A DNA stretch of 64,000 nt, from contig CM082591.2 in assembly GCA_040954595.2 (NCBI GenBank), positions 396,518 through 460,517 on the forward strand. The letters are read 5' to 3'. The stretch comes from Balanoglossus misakiensis (lineage: Eukaryota > Animalia > Hemichordata). Position 1 is the stretch's first letter. The number at the start of each line of letters is the position of its first letter. Below are positions 27,241-43,975 of this stretch, piece after piece. The translations under genes and the position numbers were made by a program. Below the pieces are notes generated by a model. That model saw only the letters and a list, made by a program, of their open reading frames with translations. It ran no database searches and was not told the origin of the DNA.

Positions 27241-28563
27241 GTAAAAACGCTCCGACGAGACTCTATAAGTACCACTAGGCTTTGGATAAAAACTGAACGT
27301 GGATTGCGATAAATCCTCAATAGAGGCGCCTATAAAGTTATGGGAATAAAACATTTCGCCTTGTGACAATGTGAAGAAATAAGGTTGCGATGTGAAGAGG
27401 GAAAGTGACGTGATTACATGATTGTGAACAAATAGGTAAACATGTTGGCATTTTCGTCAAAAAGGAAATCAACAGATTGGTTTCGGTAAAATAACACCTG
27501 GCTTCATCAACAGGTCTATACATGATGACGATAGCCGCAGAGATAACATCAGACAGACTTGACGTACAATGAATACAGAACAGTCCCGTCTCCAGGGCCA
27601 TTTTCGACTTGCTCGCTATTTGCATTGTACATCATCAGTGATAGAATAGCGAAGATTCATCACCCTATTTTTGCGGTGACGAAGAAGGGATTTAGCGGTC
27701 CCATTTGTCGACGTTTTATTTACAATTCTATTTGGTCGGGCGATTAAACTTGATGGCTGTAATTACGATCCGATTTGTATTCACCCGTTGTCGTTAGCTC
27801 CTAAACGCCGTCTGTGCGCTATTGCCGAAAAGCGTGAAGGAAGGCTGTAATGAAAACTAAACGTGCAATCTTCTTGAGTTAGGCAGTCCGCCACCTTGCA
27901 TGCAAGTGCCGAGATTACTAATTACTGTATATTACAGACATAGCCTAATAGTCGTTCACTCAACACTGAAAGTCTCACAGTCACGTGACACAAAAATAAT
28001 AACAAATTTAAGATAAAAAGATGAAAGATTTTTAATTGATATATTAAAAATGACTGAACACAGCTTTTATACAATTTTTGCTTCTCACAGAACTCGCTGA
28101 CGCGGGTCGATGGTTTCGTCTCCAGTGATTTTTTTGCATACTTTCAACATATCGTTATTTTAGAATTTAGTTTCCACACACCGTTCTAAATCGATGGATT
28201 ATTTCTGTAATCGATGGGTGCCTAAGAGCGGTCCTTCAGCACTTGTTTTGATGATACGAGCCACATTGAGTGTTTGCTCCGAAGAATTGGGGGGGGGGGG
28301 CAAACAATCTTTGTGGTCGACCTTTGTAATGAGACCACGGGGAGAGGCGACGTGAGTTGTCAATCCAAGAAATGCATGATTGATGTGAAAAAATCACTCA
28401 GAAAATTGCGTCCGTTGCATTATTTATTCGAGATCTCACAGAACTCACACAGGTAAATATGTACATGGGCGACTAGGGAGTTGATATTATACAACGTCTC
28501 CGCTGGGCATTGCGCAATCTATGAGAAAGTTGAGTGGCTAGACTCCTAGAGGGTGGATGATGG

Positions 28564-29379
28564 TTATTAGGGTTTCGAGACCAGAGGGGTCTCGAAACCC
28601 TCTTGAAATCGTGTTGTTTTTTATTATTATTATTATTATTCCCACTTTTAAAAACAGCCGCTATTCGAAGACCGTTGCACCCAATGACTTGAAATTTGGC
28701 TCATAGGTAAAACTCAAAGCAAGTAATTTTCTGATCATGTCACTATGGCAACAGGTCACATGATTGGAGCAGACTGGAGGGGGATTGGAGCAGACTGGAG
28801 GGGCATCGGAGCAGACTGGAGGGGCATCGGAGCAGACTGGAGAGGCATCGGAGCAGACTGGAGGGGCATCGGAGCAGACTGGAGGGGCATCGGAGCAGAC
28901 TGGAGGGGCATCGGAGCAGACTGGAGGGGCATCGGAGCAGACTGGAGGGGCATCGGAGCAGACTGGAGGGGCATCGGAGCAGACTGGAGGGGCATCGGAG
29001 CAGACATTGGAGCAGACTGGAGGGGCATGGGAGCAGACTGGAGGGGCATTGGAGCAGACTGGAGGGGGATCGGAGCAGACTGGAGGGGGATTGGAGCAGA
29101 CTGGAGGGGCATTGGAGCAGACTGGAGGGGCATTGGAGCAGACTGGAGCGGGATCGGAGCATTGGAGGGCATTGGAGGGGATTGGAGGCCATTGGAGGGG
29201 ATTGGAGGGCCATTGGAGGGCCGTTGGAGGGGATTGGAGGGCCATTGGAGGGGATTGGAGCGAACAACTAATGCAGTCCTACACCCTGCCTCATTAAATA
29301 TGCACATATCTATGTCAAGGCGAACCAATAGGGCTAGTAGTGTCTCAAAACCCGCTTATTGCTGTTCACAGCTATATTT
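28564..29379 (+). mobile_element. Non-autonomous Helentron-type rolling-circle element (HINE/DINE-1-like)
   Basis: 5' TTATT, then a perfect 14-bp stem AGGGTTTCGAGACC(28569-28582)-AGAGG-GGTCTCGAAACCCT(28588-28601); (TTA)n microsatellite at ~28620-28640; internal tandem repeats; 3' subterminal inverted repeat GTCTCAAAACCC (29342-29353, one mismatch to the 5' arm); short hairpin GCTG-TTCA-CAGC (29361-29372); TATATTT end. Confidence 0.8.
28763..29260. repeat. G-rich minisatellite: 21-bp unit (~19 copies) grading into a 10-bp unit (~10 copies)
   Basis: GGAGCAGACTGGAGGGGCATC repeats to ~29160, then ATTGGAGGG(C/G) repeats to ~29260. Confidence 0.97.
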
Positions 29380-30180
29380 ACAGATGGAATGTACTTTAAT
29401 AAGTCGAGGCTGTTTATCCTCTGAGGTGGTCTCTCGTCACGTTTTGATGCATCAAGACACATAATTCTGTTTTAGAGCAAATAAGACGAGCATGCTATGA
29501 TGATTGTTTTTAGGTTGGACATTCTCATAAACCTCATCTCTTTTTGGATGTTAACATCATTGTCGATTGCCCGCAATCTCTTCATTTGGTTGAGATTTCA
29601 TGTTATTGCAAGGCTTTTTAAATAATCCCTTGTGTGCCGTGAAAACTTCAAATTTTGGCCGTGATTGATTGGATAATTACGGGATTGACGTCATACCAGA
29701 GATTGGTCAATTTACATAAATTATTCTTCCAGGCATGCAGCGATACGTTGGCTTTAGATTCAATACTTGAGGTAACTTACTCAATATAGACGGATTTTGA
29801 GGGTGCCGTGCCAGGCATGACGCCCTATGCCCGGGGCTATGCACGAATTGAAACAACACTAATTTATCTTACATGATATCAGCACATTTGACGCAAGACG
29901 ACAGCATATCGCCATGACTACATCCATAGCGTTTCTATGCAGCATAAAACCACATTGATATACAAATTCGATGTTTCTTTTTCAAGAAAACACTCATGGT
30001 TGTCACTGAATGTCGAATTGTTGAACAGGACAGGGAGGAAGATAATCTAAAGTATCTTGCCGGTTGGCTGGACAAAACATTAAAGTCTCAGTTTCGTAGC
30101 GTTTCTAAGATGAGAATTAAAAGAAAGCACTGTAATAGGTCATCGTAGAGGGCAGTTATTGTTGACCCCTCACTTGCAAA

Positions 30181-32082
30181 ATGGCGGCCCTCGCAGACAC
30201 AGTGGAGAGAGTAGATGAGGTTTTAGCCGACGAAGCTCTCGAGGAAGAGGTAAATTGAAATTTATGATCTTCATTTGGCATTTAAAAACAACGAGGTATA
30301 TTTTGGGTTGGTTTAAGCACCAGTAGACATTACCGATCCATATCGCGCACATAGCAACAACGGTATCAACAACAATGCAGTCAACTGTCAATGACATGTT
30401 TGAGATTGCATGCTGACTGCACTGGGCGGTAAATTTGACGGTTTGTCTGGGAATGTGTGTGTGAGGGTGCCTCACCATCTGTGTGAGGGAGCTGCTTTTG
30501 TTTGTGGAGTGTTGGCCCACTTCCCAGCGTGGGAGTTTTAGGGCTCTGGATCTCCAACCAGCTATATTAACTGGTGTGAAACTGACATCGACAGATCACA
30601 TATTTTGTGAAGAAATAAATGTGAAGAAACTCACATTTAGTAGTGCTTCGTCAACTTCTTTCATCCTATCAATCTGCAGCTTCATGTTTACTCTGTTAAT
30701 TAATGATACCAAGCACATATAGTCGGTTCATGTCTTATTTGTGTTGTTGGTTGCTGATAGCAACACTGTAGTTATGATAACTTGAAATTTGTTTATCATT
30801 TACAGAGACTCCTGGAGGAGTTGGAAAATGAGGAGTTGCCCGGCTACATCCGTGAAAAGAGAATGGCAGAGTTGAAACAACAAGTAGAAGAGTTACAACT
30901 GTATAAAGATAAAGAGTATGGAGTTCTAACGTGAGTATTGTTGTCAGTCAGTCAGTCAGTCAGTCAATCAATTGATCAATCAATCAATCAATCAACCAAC
31001 CAACCAACCAACCAACCAACCAAGAATCAAGGCTCTTGTGTCCAATTCATTATGCACTGATCTCTCATCCACACATGGCATATTTTGTGAATAACCCTAT
31101 ATTCTTCTATGTCTGATTTTATTTTGACAGAGACATAAAGAAAGAAAAAGATTTCTTCGATATGACTATTAAAGAGAAGAAAATATTAGTTCATTTTTAT
31201 CACGCTGATTTCAGAAGATGTAGTATTATAGATGAACATTTGGAGGTCAGTTCTGACGGTTTATTTAATTTGAATCGATAAGAATAGACAAGGTTGAATT
31301 GATGATACTGGACGATTCAAGACAGTATCTGTACCATTTGTGTTTGGTCAATCAATGAAATATTGTATACTTGTTGATGCGTTCATGTGTATGTAAGGTG
31401 TGTATAAGGAGACATATACAAATCAGAATGAATCATAGGCCAGACCAACTGATCATGGAATAGTTATTTAATGCATTATTTATATGTGTCATTTCATTTT
31501 CAGAAATTAGCGCCTAAACACTTTTCAACCAAATTTGCAAAAATTAATGTAGAAGTGGCAAAATTCTTTGTTGAGAAGCTCAAAATAAAAGTCTTACCAG
31601 CGATTGTCTGTTTTGTGGAAGGCAAGATTGTTGACAGGTAAGCAAATGCCTTTTTCAACTTTTCTGAATTTTTACTGAATCGTTTCATGTCATTTTGAAG
31701 TTTTCTTTTTATATCTGAACATTCATTCATTCTATCCCTCTCTCCCTCAGAATTGTAGGTTTTGAAGAACTAGGCAACACAGACAGTTTTACCACAGAGT
31801 CATTGGAAAGAAGAATGGCTAAATCAGGTAACCATAGATACATACATATAGATAGACAGAACATCTATAAGTCTGTATTGTATGAAAAGTACATATAAAC
31901 CAACTAGCCAACTCACCCGTGATATAACCAACTCACAATGTCATGAAATTATTGGAGTGATAATTTCTATCTTTCTAGGTGTGATCACGCTACCAGATGT
32001 TCCCACAGAAGGTGGTTCCTTGTTTGGTTACAGCAAGAAAGATGATGATGGCTACGACAGCAGTGATCCTGATGAATACTAG
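30181..32082 (+). CDS. Phosducin-like protein 3 family (TXNDC9/Plp1-like thioredoxin-fold protein), 6 exons, 207 aa
   Basis: Exons 30181-30249, 30806-30930, 31131-31245, 31504-31637, 31751-31827 and 31979-32082; all GT-AG with consistent phases. Motifs YIREKRMAELK, VHFYHADFRRCSIIDEHLE, KLKIKVLP, IVGFEELGNTDSFTT and an acidic tail. The start codon lies within the YY1-type motif AAAATGGCGGC. Confidence 0.9.
30943..31023. repeat. Compound tetranucleotide microsatellite (GTCA)n(ATCA)n(ACCA)n, intronic
   Basis: Direct reading of the sequence. Confidence 0.9.
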
Positions 32083-32589
32083 ATCTTCCCACCACTAAGG
32101 GGGTGCCCTTCAGCAGAAGCATCACTTGTTTTACCATTTTAACACTTTCTACAGTACAAATGGAAGCAAATATCTTTCTAATTTGAGCATTTGACCACAA
32201 CATAATTTTCATTTTTTGGTATTTTCATTTCTGTAAATCCAATAGCTATTTTACACCCCAAGTCAACATTGAAGAAAATAACTGATATTCTTGACACACT
32301 TACACCATCAAATTCTAGTCATAGCTCGTAAGTTTCAATGATTACATTTTTTTATAATAAAATCATAAAATTCAGCAGGCTGGCCTGTCAGGTTATTGCA
32401 GAATTTTAACAAATGCTGTTTGTACTTTTTTAAGAACTGAGACATTATTTATTATATGTATATGTAGGTATGTTATTATCTATATCAAAGCCTTGTGTGT
32501 GCAGTTTGTCATGTAAGTTTTATTTCTATTTCAAAGGAAAAGACTATATACTTTTTCAGTATCTGTGAGAGTTCATCAGTTCATGTGTA

Positions 32590-34171
32590 TCACTCATCTT
32601 CGTTCCACGGAACATCCTTCAGTCGATCATACGACCTGCCATCGAAATGTCTGAGAACGGCAAACATAGAATTGGTGTCAAAGTCACACTCGTAGCGAGA
32701 AGAGTCCAAGTTGAATTTGATTGGTTGCTGGAGAATGTAGAGATCATCCACAGGCCAGGGCAAATCAAAGTGATGTCGATGAACCTGTTGATAGAATAAA
32801 ACATACTCAGTGATGGTTTGAAACTACAAGGCCTGTCGCATTCATAAGTCTTTCACCCCCAGTTCCCCCTTTAGAGGTCCAATCTTACCATAGAAAGCAA
32901 TGGGTTTGGACTGAACCATGGTGGTAAAAGGGTTAAACATGGATCGGCCACACTGCGTTTTCTCAGAAGCCCCTTCTCCTTTCTTCCCTCTCACCTTGTA
33001 GAGCTCTCCATTCTCACAATGCCACACTACGCCTTCCACTTTGCCACTGTCTGCACTCTCCAACCATCCCTTGAGGGCACTGTAGCTGACTGGTAGTGGT
33101 TCTTTCACTTCTATTGCACCATGAGGCACCAACACATGTACAGGATTCTTTTTACATCCCAAACCTATGAATTTGAAAGTGTTATAGACTGAATCAATTA
33201 TATACATACACACAGAAAGAAAATCTCACTAAAAATTTGGACAGCTGATTCATCTTTCCTCACCATACGGGTTGGCGTTGACATTGGTCCCTATCAGTTC
33301 TAAAGTCTGCTCTGACAGTGAGGATAGATGACTGATTGTCACCTCCAGCTCATCCTTGTTGCCATGGGAACTGGGTCGGAGAATGACAGCAAGTCCGTGG
33401 ACGAGATCCACCACACTGTTGTGCCAACAATATTGTCTGTTGTTTTTGTCAAGTGGAACCCAACCTAATTGGATGAATAAAATGATACTTTGTTTTATAA
33501 GTTATTTATCGATGACATTACACTTCATTTGTTATCAAGTTTAAAAAGTCAACAAACTGAAATAGTTCCTCTCTTTGTTAAGAATCTTTTACAAAATTAT
33601 CACCTGGAATGTGACCATTTGAGTCTGGCTGTGCTATACCATCAATCACTGGCACCCCCTTGGCAGGAATCCAGTTTTCCGGTGCTTCTCTGAAATCTTT
33701 TTCCACATTCCATTGCCACTTTGGCTCATCATTAATCTTTCCATTCAATTCCCAAGTCCTCTGCTGTGTTTGGTATTTCTTGAATTTCTTATCAGCCTGT
33801 TTGGTGGGTTTCCTATCATGTCTGGCCCACACCCAGGCTTTATCTGCTCAAAGATAAAAGAGTGACTTTGGTATTGATTGTTTTGATATTATTTCTTCTT
33901 CAGGTTCAGACTGCATCCTCAAAACGAAAACTCACCAAAAGCAAACACAATAAGTTATAACATAACTACCTTGAAACTCTCTAACATAAACACAAGTGCC
34001 ATCAAACTTTTCTGTGGCAATGGCTCTTTCCACACCAGCTTGCAAGGCAGTCTCTTTGACTTCACTTGATGCAACCACTTTGAATTGTTGATGAGTCCGT
34101 TTGCTGGATTTGCCTTCCACGACAACAGTCTTGAAAACACAGTGTACTTTGTTTTGAACACTCCCTGGCAT
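32590..34171 (-). CDS. RLIG1: 5'-3' RNA ligase RLIG1 (C12orf29 ortholog), 5 coding exons, 335 aa
   Basis: Exons 34171-33970, 33843-33604, 33464-33264, 33164-32995 and 32784-32590, with consistent phases. Motifs match human C12orf29: [11 protein letters not shown], nucleotidyltransferase motif [55 protein letters not shown] and KVHRHH. A 5'UTR donor lies at ~34447. Confidence 0.96.
32844..32936 (-). mobile_element. ~85-bp MITE, piggyBac-like ends (copy 1, in the last RLIG1 intron)
   Basis: The reverse complement reads TTAA-CCCTTTTACCACCATGGTTCAGTCCAAACCCATTG...GGGGTGAAAGAC-TTAT and is roughly 85% identical by eye to the copy at 53834-53928. Confidence 0.7.
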
Positions 34172-34499
34172 TGCTGTCAGACTGATATAAGAATGAAAGT
34201 GGAGTCAGTGCGTGCCTTGTTACTTTTGATGTGTGGAACTACTGGCAATGTAGCTGAAATGATTGTAGCAGGTCGGTGCTGCTAGGTTGACGATGCTGAC
34301 TGTATTTGTGTACATACATGTTGCAATGTACATAGGAGTCCGGCCAGTTACGAACTTGAATACTTGCTCATTTATAGCCAGACACTCTCGTACGTTCAGG
34401 TCTATGATACATAACAAGTCTACATATGTTTGGTAATTTTCACTCACCAATTAAATTAAAAACACGCCCATGTATCAGTGAAGACTACAGCATCTTCAT

Positions 34500-34670
34500 G
34501 CCTTAACACACCCGGAAGTACGAACAAGTGGTTTTTCACTATTTTTGGTTTCAGATTCGTTTTCGGATGCAGCCAGAGAGGGCGTTTTACTCCATGACGT
34601 CATGGTACAGGTTATGACGTCACGTAGCCATCTTGTTTTCCAGCAGAGAAGATCGCCGGAAGGAAATCGT
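34500..34670. promoter_or_regulatory. Bidirectional promoter between RLIG1 and ZC3H11A
   Basis: ETS/GABP CCGGAAGT (34512-34519), two full CRE TGACGTCA sites (34595-34602, inside the palindrome CCATGACGTCATGG, and 34615-34622), YY1-type GCCATCTTG (34627-34635) and a second CCGGAAG (~34656). The region is CpG-rich and lies between divergent genes. Confidence 0.7.
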
Positions 34671-36150
34671 GAATGTAATCATCAAAAATATCAACGATAG
34701 AGGATAGATCTACGTCTCCAAAGGGTACCGATAGTTTCTGTAGTATATTTTGGGGAAATTTATCTTTACAGTAAGATTTTATAGGCTTGCGATCGCGTGT
34801 GATCGATGGTGTTCGTGGTCGATGCGCAGTTGAGAGTCAAGTGTTGTTGATATCATGCGTGGTTAGTGGTCGGCCTATGAAAATGTTCGTTTCAGCGATC
34901 GTGTCGATATCGCTTGTAAACAAAAACTGATTTCTGTTTTGTTGCAGTGAGTATACAATAACTAGTCTGGCGAGCTTTAGCGAAGGTGTGCATGTCTAAT
35001 TTTACCAGTTTCAATCGCCTTATGTATTCTCGCCCCATCCGTTTATCTGATGCACGATAAAAAAACTGGTTGGGATGATGGATAGATGTGATTGTTGTAT
35101 GTGTAGAAAAGTGTGGATCTGATCTTTCCTTTTGTTGTTTGGTTGTGTGAGTTTGGTGTGTGTGTGTGTGTGTGACATTTCTCGGATCGTGAGATCGGTT
35201 GTCAACGCCTGTACTGGGAAGTATTGCTGACGGAAGCAGAATTATTGTGACTGGGAAGTCCGTTGAAGTTCCTCATCAACTGGTCACTTGGAATATCTTT
35301 CAACATCATGGTCCTGTATGGAAAGTGTGCAGCAGCTGAACTTGAAGGCAGACTTGACATTATTACCATCTCTGCTTATTTCGGCCATGAGCACATGCAC
35401 CAGAGTTTGTTCACTGCAAACATCATTTCTGTGACATCAAAGAAATCAGACATGGAGCACAACATACTGGATACAGGATAACATGTCTGTAACCCTCTGA
35501 ATGTTTGTGAAGAATTCTCGACACCGCAATGGAACACTTTGTAGACACTATTGGAGGCTGAAGCTTTGTTGAGTGTTGTTGTAGTCCAACACAGGATGCA
35601 GTGTCCACTTTCATCTGATACACGCATGTGCTCATCTAAATTTAAAAAAAAAAAAAAGCAGAGGAAAAAAAAAGAAAAAAAAATGTTTCCACATCTTTTG
35701 GATGTCTACAACATCTACATGAACTGTAGGAGAACATTTCTTCTCGCAGAGCATGTGAACAACTTCTTATTTCTACCAACAATTCTAGTGTTCTTAATTA
35801 TCTGATGGATCAAAAGAAGATCTGAAATTGTTTAACTGTTGGACTACTTATCTAATAGGACTTTCTGGAAACAAGGAAACCTTCAACAAAGAGTAAGTAG
35901 ATACCCTCCTCCCCCACATTTTATAATACAGTGGCCCACCCACCGAGATAATAATGTGGTCATTTTCCGCATGAAAGGTTAATGGCAGGATAATATATCA
36001 ATTTTGTTCATTTCATCTCCTGAAATTCAACAGCAGCTTCAGACGAATTGCGGCATTGGGCAATTGTGCAGACAACCGAACTGATTGCAGCTCCAGACAT
36101 TTCTGAGGCCTGAAAAGTCTACAGAAGAATACCAACCAACCAAAAGCACC

Positions 36151-39895
<3,745 letters not shown>

Positions 39896-42352
39896 AATGA
39901 AAGACAATATAAAAAAGAAAACTTCACGGAACAGATGTTCTTACTGATAAGATTTTTCTTCACGTTGAGACATCATACTGCCAAGGAAATGGTTATTTAT
40001 GATGCCAAAGATACGCATGTACATGTATATGCATTTCTCTGTTATTATCAGTATTGGAACATGGTGTTGAACTGTTAATGTGGCTGGGGTTCCTGTTGGA
40101 TAAAGCCTCCAGCCAGTGTGTCCTCTGACAAGTTTAAGTCTATTTGAGAATTTTGAGATACCTCTTTGCAGCATTTGTGTCTCTCTTCAAACAGATTTTC
40201 TTGTTCCACATGCGAGCTCGCAGCCAGTGGTTCATGTTGGTTCAAAGGGCACACAGCTGTAATGAATTAGCATAGAAGTTCAGATTCCGACACTAGGGGT
40301 GCCCTGTCTGGCAGAGAAGTGTTGATACCATTTCATTTCTCAAAATTCATATTTCAACAGAGCCACATTTATCTTTTACCACTGGATCGAACAGTGAACA
40401 GTACTTCTATTTTGTTATTTTAAAAGCGCAGCACAAAGAATCACCATACTATGGGTAGTTTCTTTGCCATAACTGATGTTCATGCTATTTTGTCTTTAAA
40501 TAAAAAAACATGGGAAATTATTTTATGAAGAGGGAGTGCAATTGGAACAGTTCTTGTGGATGTTAAAAGACTGCCCTTATAAGTTTGCAGTCAACAAATA
40601 CTTTTACAAGTACATGTGGCATTACAAGTCATAATTTTAGTTATGTTTTATTACAAGTATTTTTCATGATTTTACTTCCTTTCCTCAAAGCGACATGCAT
40701 TTGCAATATGGGATAATCATGATATCATGCCCATTCTGGACCATTCCATTTTTAATAGGGGTGTGGGAAATGAAATGAGACCTGAGTTTAACGTAGTTAT
40801 CATTGTATGAAGTTGTTGCTGCATTTATCAAGATTTGGAAAAAAAAGTTATTCTAGCAGATCTTGAACAATCTAAATTTATATGAAAGTGAGTGGTTGAT
40901 GTTTTACCCACACTGGTAAATATAGTTGAATAACTCCAAGTATAAAATCAAAATGTGACATTTCCTGTTATCATAATCTTAAGTGTAACCCTCAAACTTT
41001 CTAAAGGCAACCATATCCAATAAAAAATGTCAACTAGACTAGATGTGGTCGGCTGTATTTAGCAAAGAATTTCTTAATTTCAAAATCTTACTGTAACTGC
41101 GTCATTACTCAGACAGCATTAAGACTTTCTTTTCAACAAATGTCAGTGTATTAATGTGAATCTTAAGTTTTTGTGTTGAGGTATAGTTCATCTACTTTGT
41201 GTACAGCTCTGGCAATCTTAAAAAAACTGAACTTTTGCAATTGCATTGTCAACTTTTGTACTTGAAGAGTTTGTATTCAGGGAAGAAAGTCACATGACAT
41301 ATTTACGGGGAGATGTCATGACCAATAAAGAGAATATGTTGATATAAATGTGGAATCGTGTTGGTGTTTGTACATGTGTGCTTGGGTTGGATGACATCTT
41401 TGGTGCTTGCAGAGTTGTGAAAGTATTTACCAGTATGTTCAAGACAGGAACCCTGTTCTTGAAAACTTTAGTATATTCTTGAAAGTTTTGTACACATACA
41501 CAAAATTAAAAATACAAAAAAATAATTGGCTGACTGTATAACACTTACAATAATGAACTTCAACTTTGATGGTGAAGTTAAATTCATGATAAATTTGTGA
41601 AACCTGGACTTTGACCTATAGGGAGAGATGGCTCAAAAAATCTTTGAAGTTCTGACCACCCCACAAGGTCAAATTCAGTCTCTCAATTTAAGCATTTGGC
41701 CACTACGATGTATATATACTAAGAGAATATTGTGTCCTGTGTTTAGAATCAGGAGAGAACTTTCATCATTGGCAATTGTTGTACGGTCTGTTACCAATGG
41801 TGATTTTAAAAATGAGATCTCACTTTGGCAGTAAAAATACACAAGAGTATGGACGGGTTAGATTGTTCAGAAAGTATACAAAAGATATGGTAAAAACAAC
41901 ACACATCTAAATATTCTTCCAGTAATGCCAAATTATGAAAGTTAGTGCATTTTAAGAAAAGCTGAGGAAAATATGTTTTGACATAAGTCACCGGTTAATA
42001 TTTCTTTGATTTCACCATGATTTGCTGATCAGTTCTATCACCAATCATAATAAGATTGAATGACAGAGACATCAAATATCTTTCAAGAAATAGAATAAAT
42101 TTTGACATATTTCATGGCTACTGATTTTTTATGAAACTTCATACACATCATATTCAACAGTCTAGAAACCAGCTGACACAAAAATCTCAATAAACAGAAC
42201 ACTGGAAGAGCTCAACTTGGCTAAAATTAAAGTGCAGCTTTAATTTGCATGTGAAAACTAATTTGCATATAACATCTGGCACATAGGCAGCTTTAAAAAA
42301 AACTTTGGGTAAATGTCCATTGCTCTATAAGAACAACAAAGTTCCTTATACA

Positions 42353-43975
42353 CTAGTCCCAGTACAGGCTAAGATATGCTTCTCTTATTTTGAATTTTCT
42401 TGCATCTTTGTAAGACATCAGTCGACTTTTATAAGTAGTTCCTTTGCATTCGTCTGGCAAAAGAAATCCACCATCTGGTGGAACTTTCAAAAGTTGTGGA
42501 CCTCCAAATGTTCCATGGAAGCCAACTTTTCTATTTCTTGGTACACGGTGTTCATAGGTTCCAGGTCTGGAAAGAAAAAAAAAACGGAATTTAGATGTCT
42601 TTGTTATTTGCATGACAAAGAGAAAATGTTATGTGAGCTAGCATTAAATGTTATAATACAATGCTAATTTGTGTCTAGCATTATTTTGAAAAGAATCAGC
42701 AAAACCAATACACCTGTATTCTGCAAGAAAACCATTAGCATCTCGGTGATGCTGGTAATGCACTGGCAACAGTATAATGGTGACGTTTATTATGTAATGT
42801 GAAAACTCACCCTGGTGTAATATCGGGATCTTTTTGTACTCTGGGAAATCTAAGTGCTCCTGCTTGAAATGGTTTGAATGCCGGGTCAAAGGTCATCGGA
42901 TCTGTGATGTCTTTTTGGTAAGTTGATGGACATGGTGTCGTTTCCTGAAACAACACGAAAATATAATTATTGCTCAAATTGAAACAAGAACAAAACCCTG
43001 GTCAGAAAAATTCACATGACACCAAACAAAAAGATAACTAATGATATTTACCTGAAATTGTTTTCGTATTCTTGGACCCGTCCTGGCCCCCAACGAGTAG
43101 CCTCTTTTACTAGTGACTTGTTTATCTATGTTGTATACAAATCCACTGACCTATAAAGTCAAGTTATTTGAAGAAAAAAGTTGTTAAAATGTATACCATG
43201 AAATAGCAAAGACAAGCCACACAAACACATGTATCGCTCAAAGTCCAATCGTATGAATTTGACTTTGTGTTTATACTGTATGTTCTCACCTCATGGTTAT
43301 CGTAAGTGCCAGGGCCAATACTTGGAAGTGACTCCGAATTGAGAATGACTCCCACACGAGTTGGTGGTACTTTTGTCGGGAAGAGAGGTCGACTTAATGT
43401 CGTACCAAAAGAAACATTGCTAGTCTTCTCTTTACCAAGTAATGCTGAGGAAAAAAATATATCATTGAGTTTAGGAAACAGACAGATGTAGAATGACCAT
43501 ACTGTGGTACGTTAGTGCTACCCAGACACTGAGAATTTGGGTCAGGTGTATATGTCCATTTCCTTCACAAAAACAAAATGGCGAAGCCTGCTCATTTCCT
43601 GCAGATCAATTTCATTACATTATTGTCCAATTTCAGTATAAGAACTTGTCTGTTGAGTTGCTAGGATACTGCCCAGTAAATTCCCCTGAGAAGGATTTCA
43701 AATTACGCAAATGGTCATAGTGATATCATGCTTCTATACGAGTTCTGCTGATAACAAACGTTTTGTTTACTGAAATACTGAACTGATAAGGGTTACGCCA
43801 CTGCAGACTGGCTTAGAAATATCTGACATGCAAGGTTATTGGGTCTGTAACCCCTCGAATCGAAATGACAGCCATCCAATAATTTTGTCAAGTCAGTGAT
43901 TTTGTCGTCTTTGAACGTGGAAATCACATATAAAGCTTTGATATACTTGTACTCACCTTCCAAAGACGTTGCCAT
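42353..43975 (-). CDS. PIFO: Pitchfork / ciliary microtubule-associated protein 3, 5 exons, 206 aa
   Basis: Exons 43975-43957, 43444-43290, 43150-43052, 42944-42811 and 42566-42353. Motifs VSFGTTLSRPLFP, GPGTY (twice), TSKRGYSLGART and C-terminal EAYLSLYWD (human VAYLSLYYN). Confidence 0.88.

Noticed and set aside
28661-29464. Overlapping ORFs of 174-239 aa in five frames (GIGADWR, APPVCSD, EQTGGAS repeats)
   Set aside because: A by-product of a stop-free 21-bp minisatellite inside a transposon.
34948-36030. ZBED6-like domesticated transposase in the ZC3H11A leader
   Set aside because: The region is too short and has no BED-finger or hAT-like ORF.
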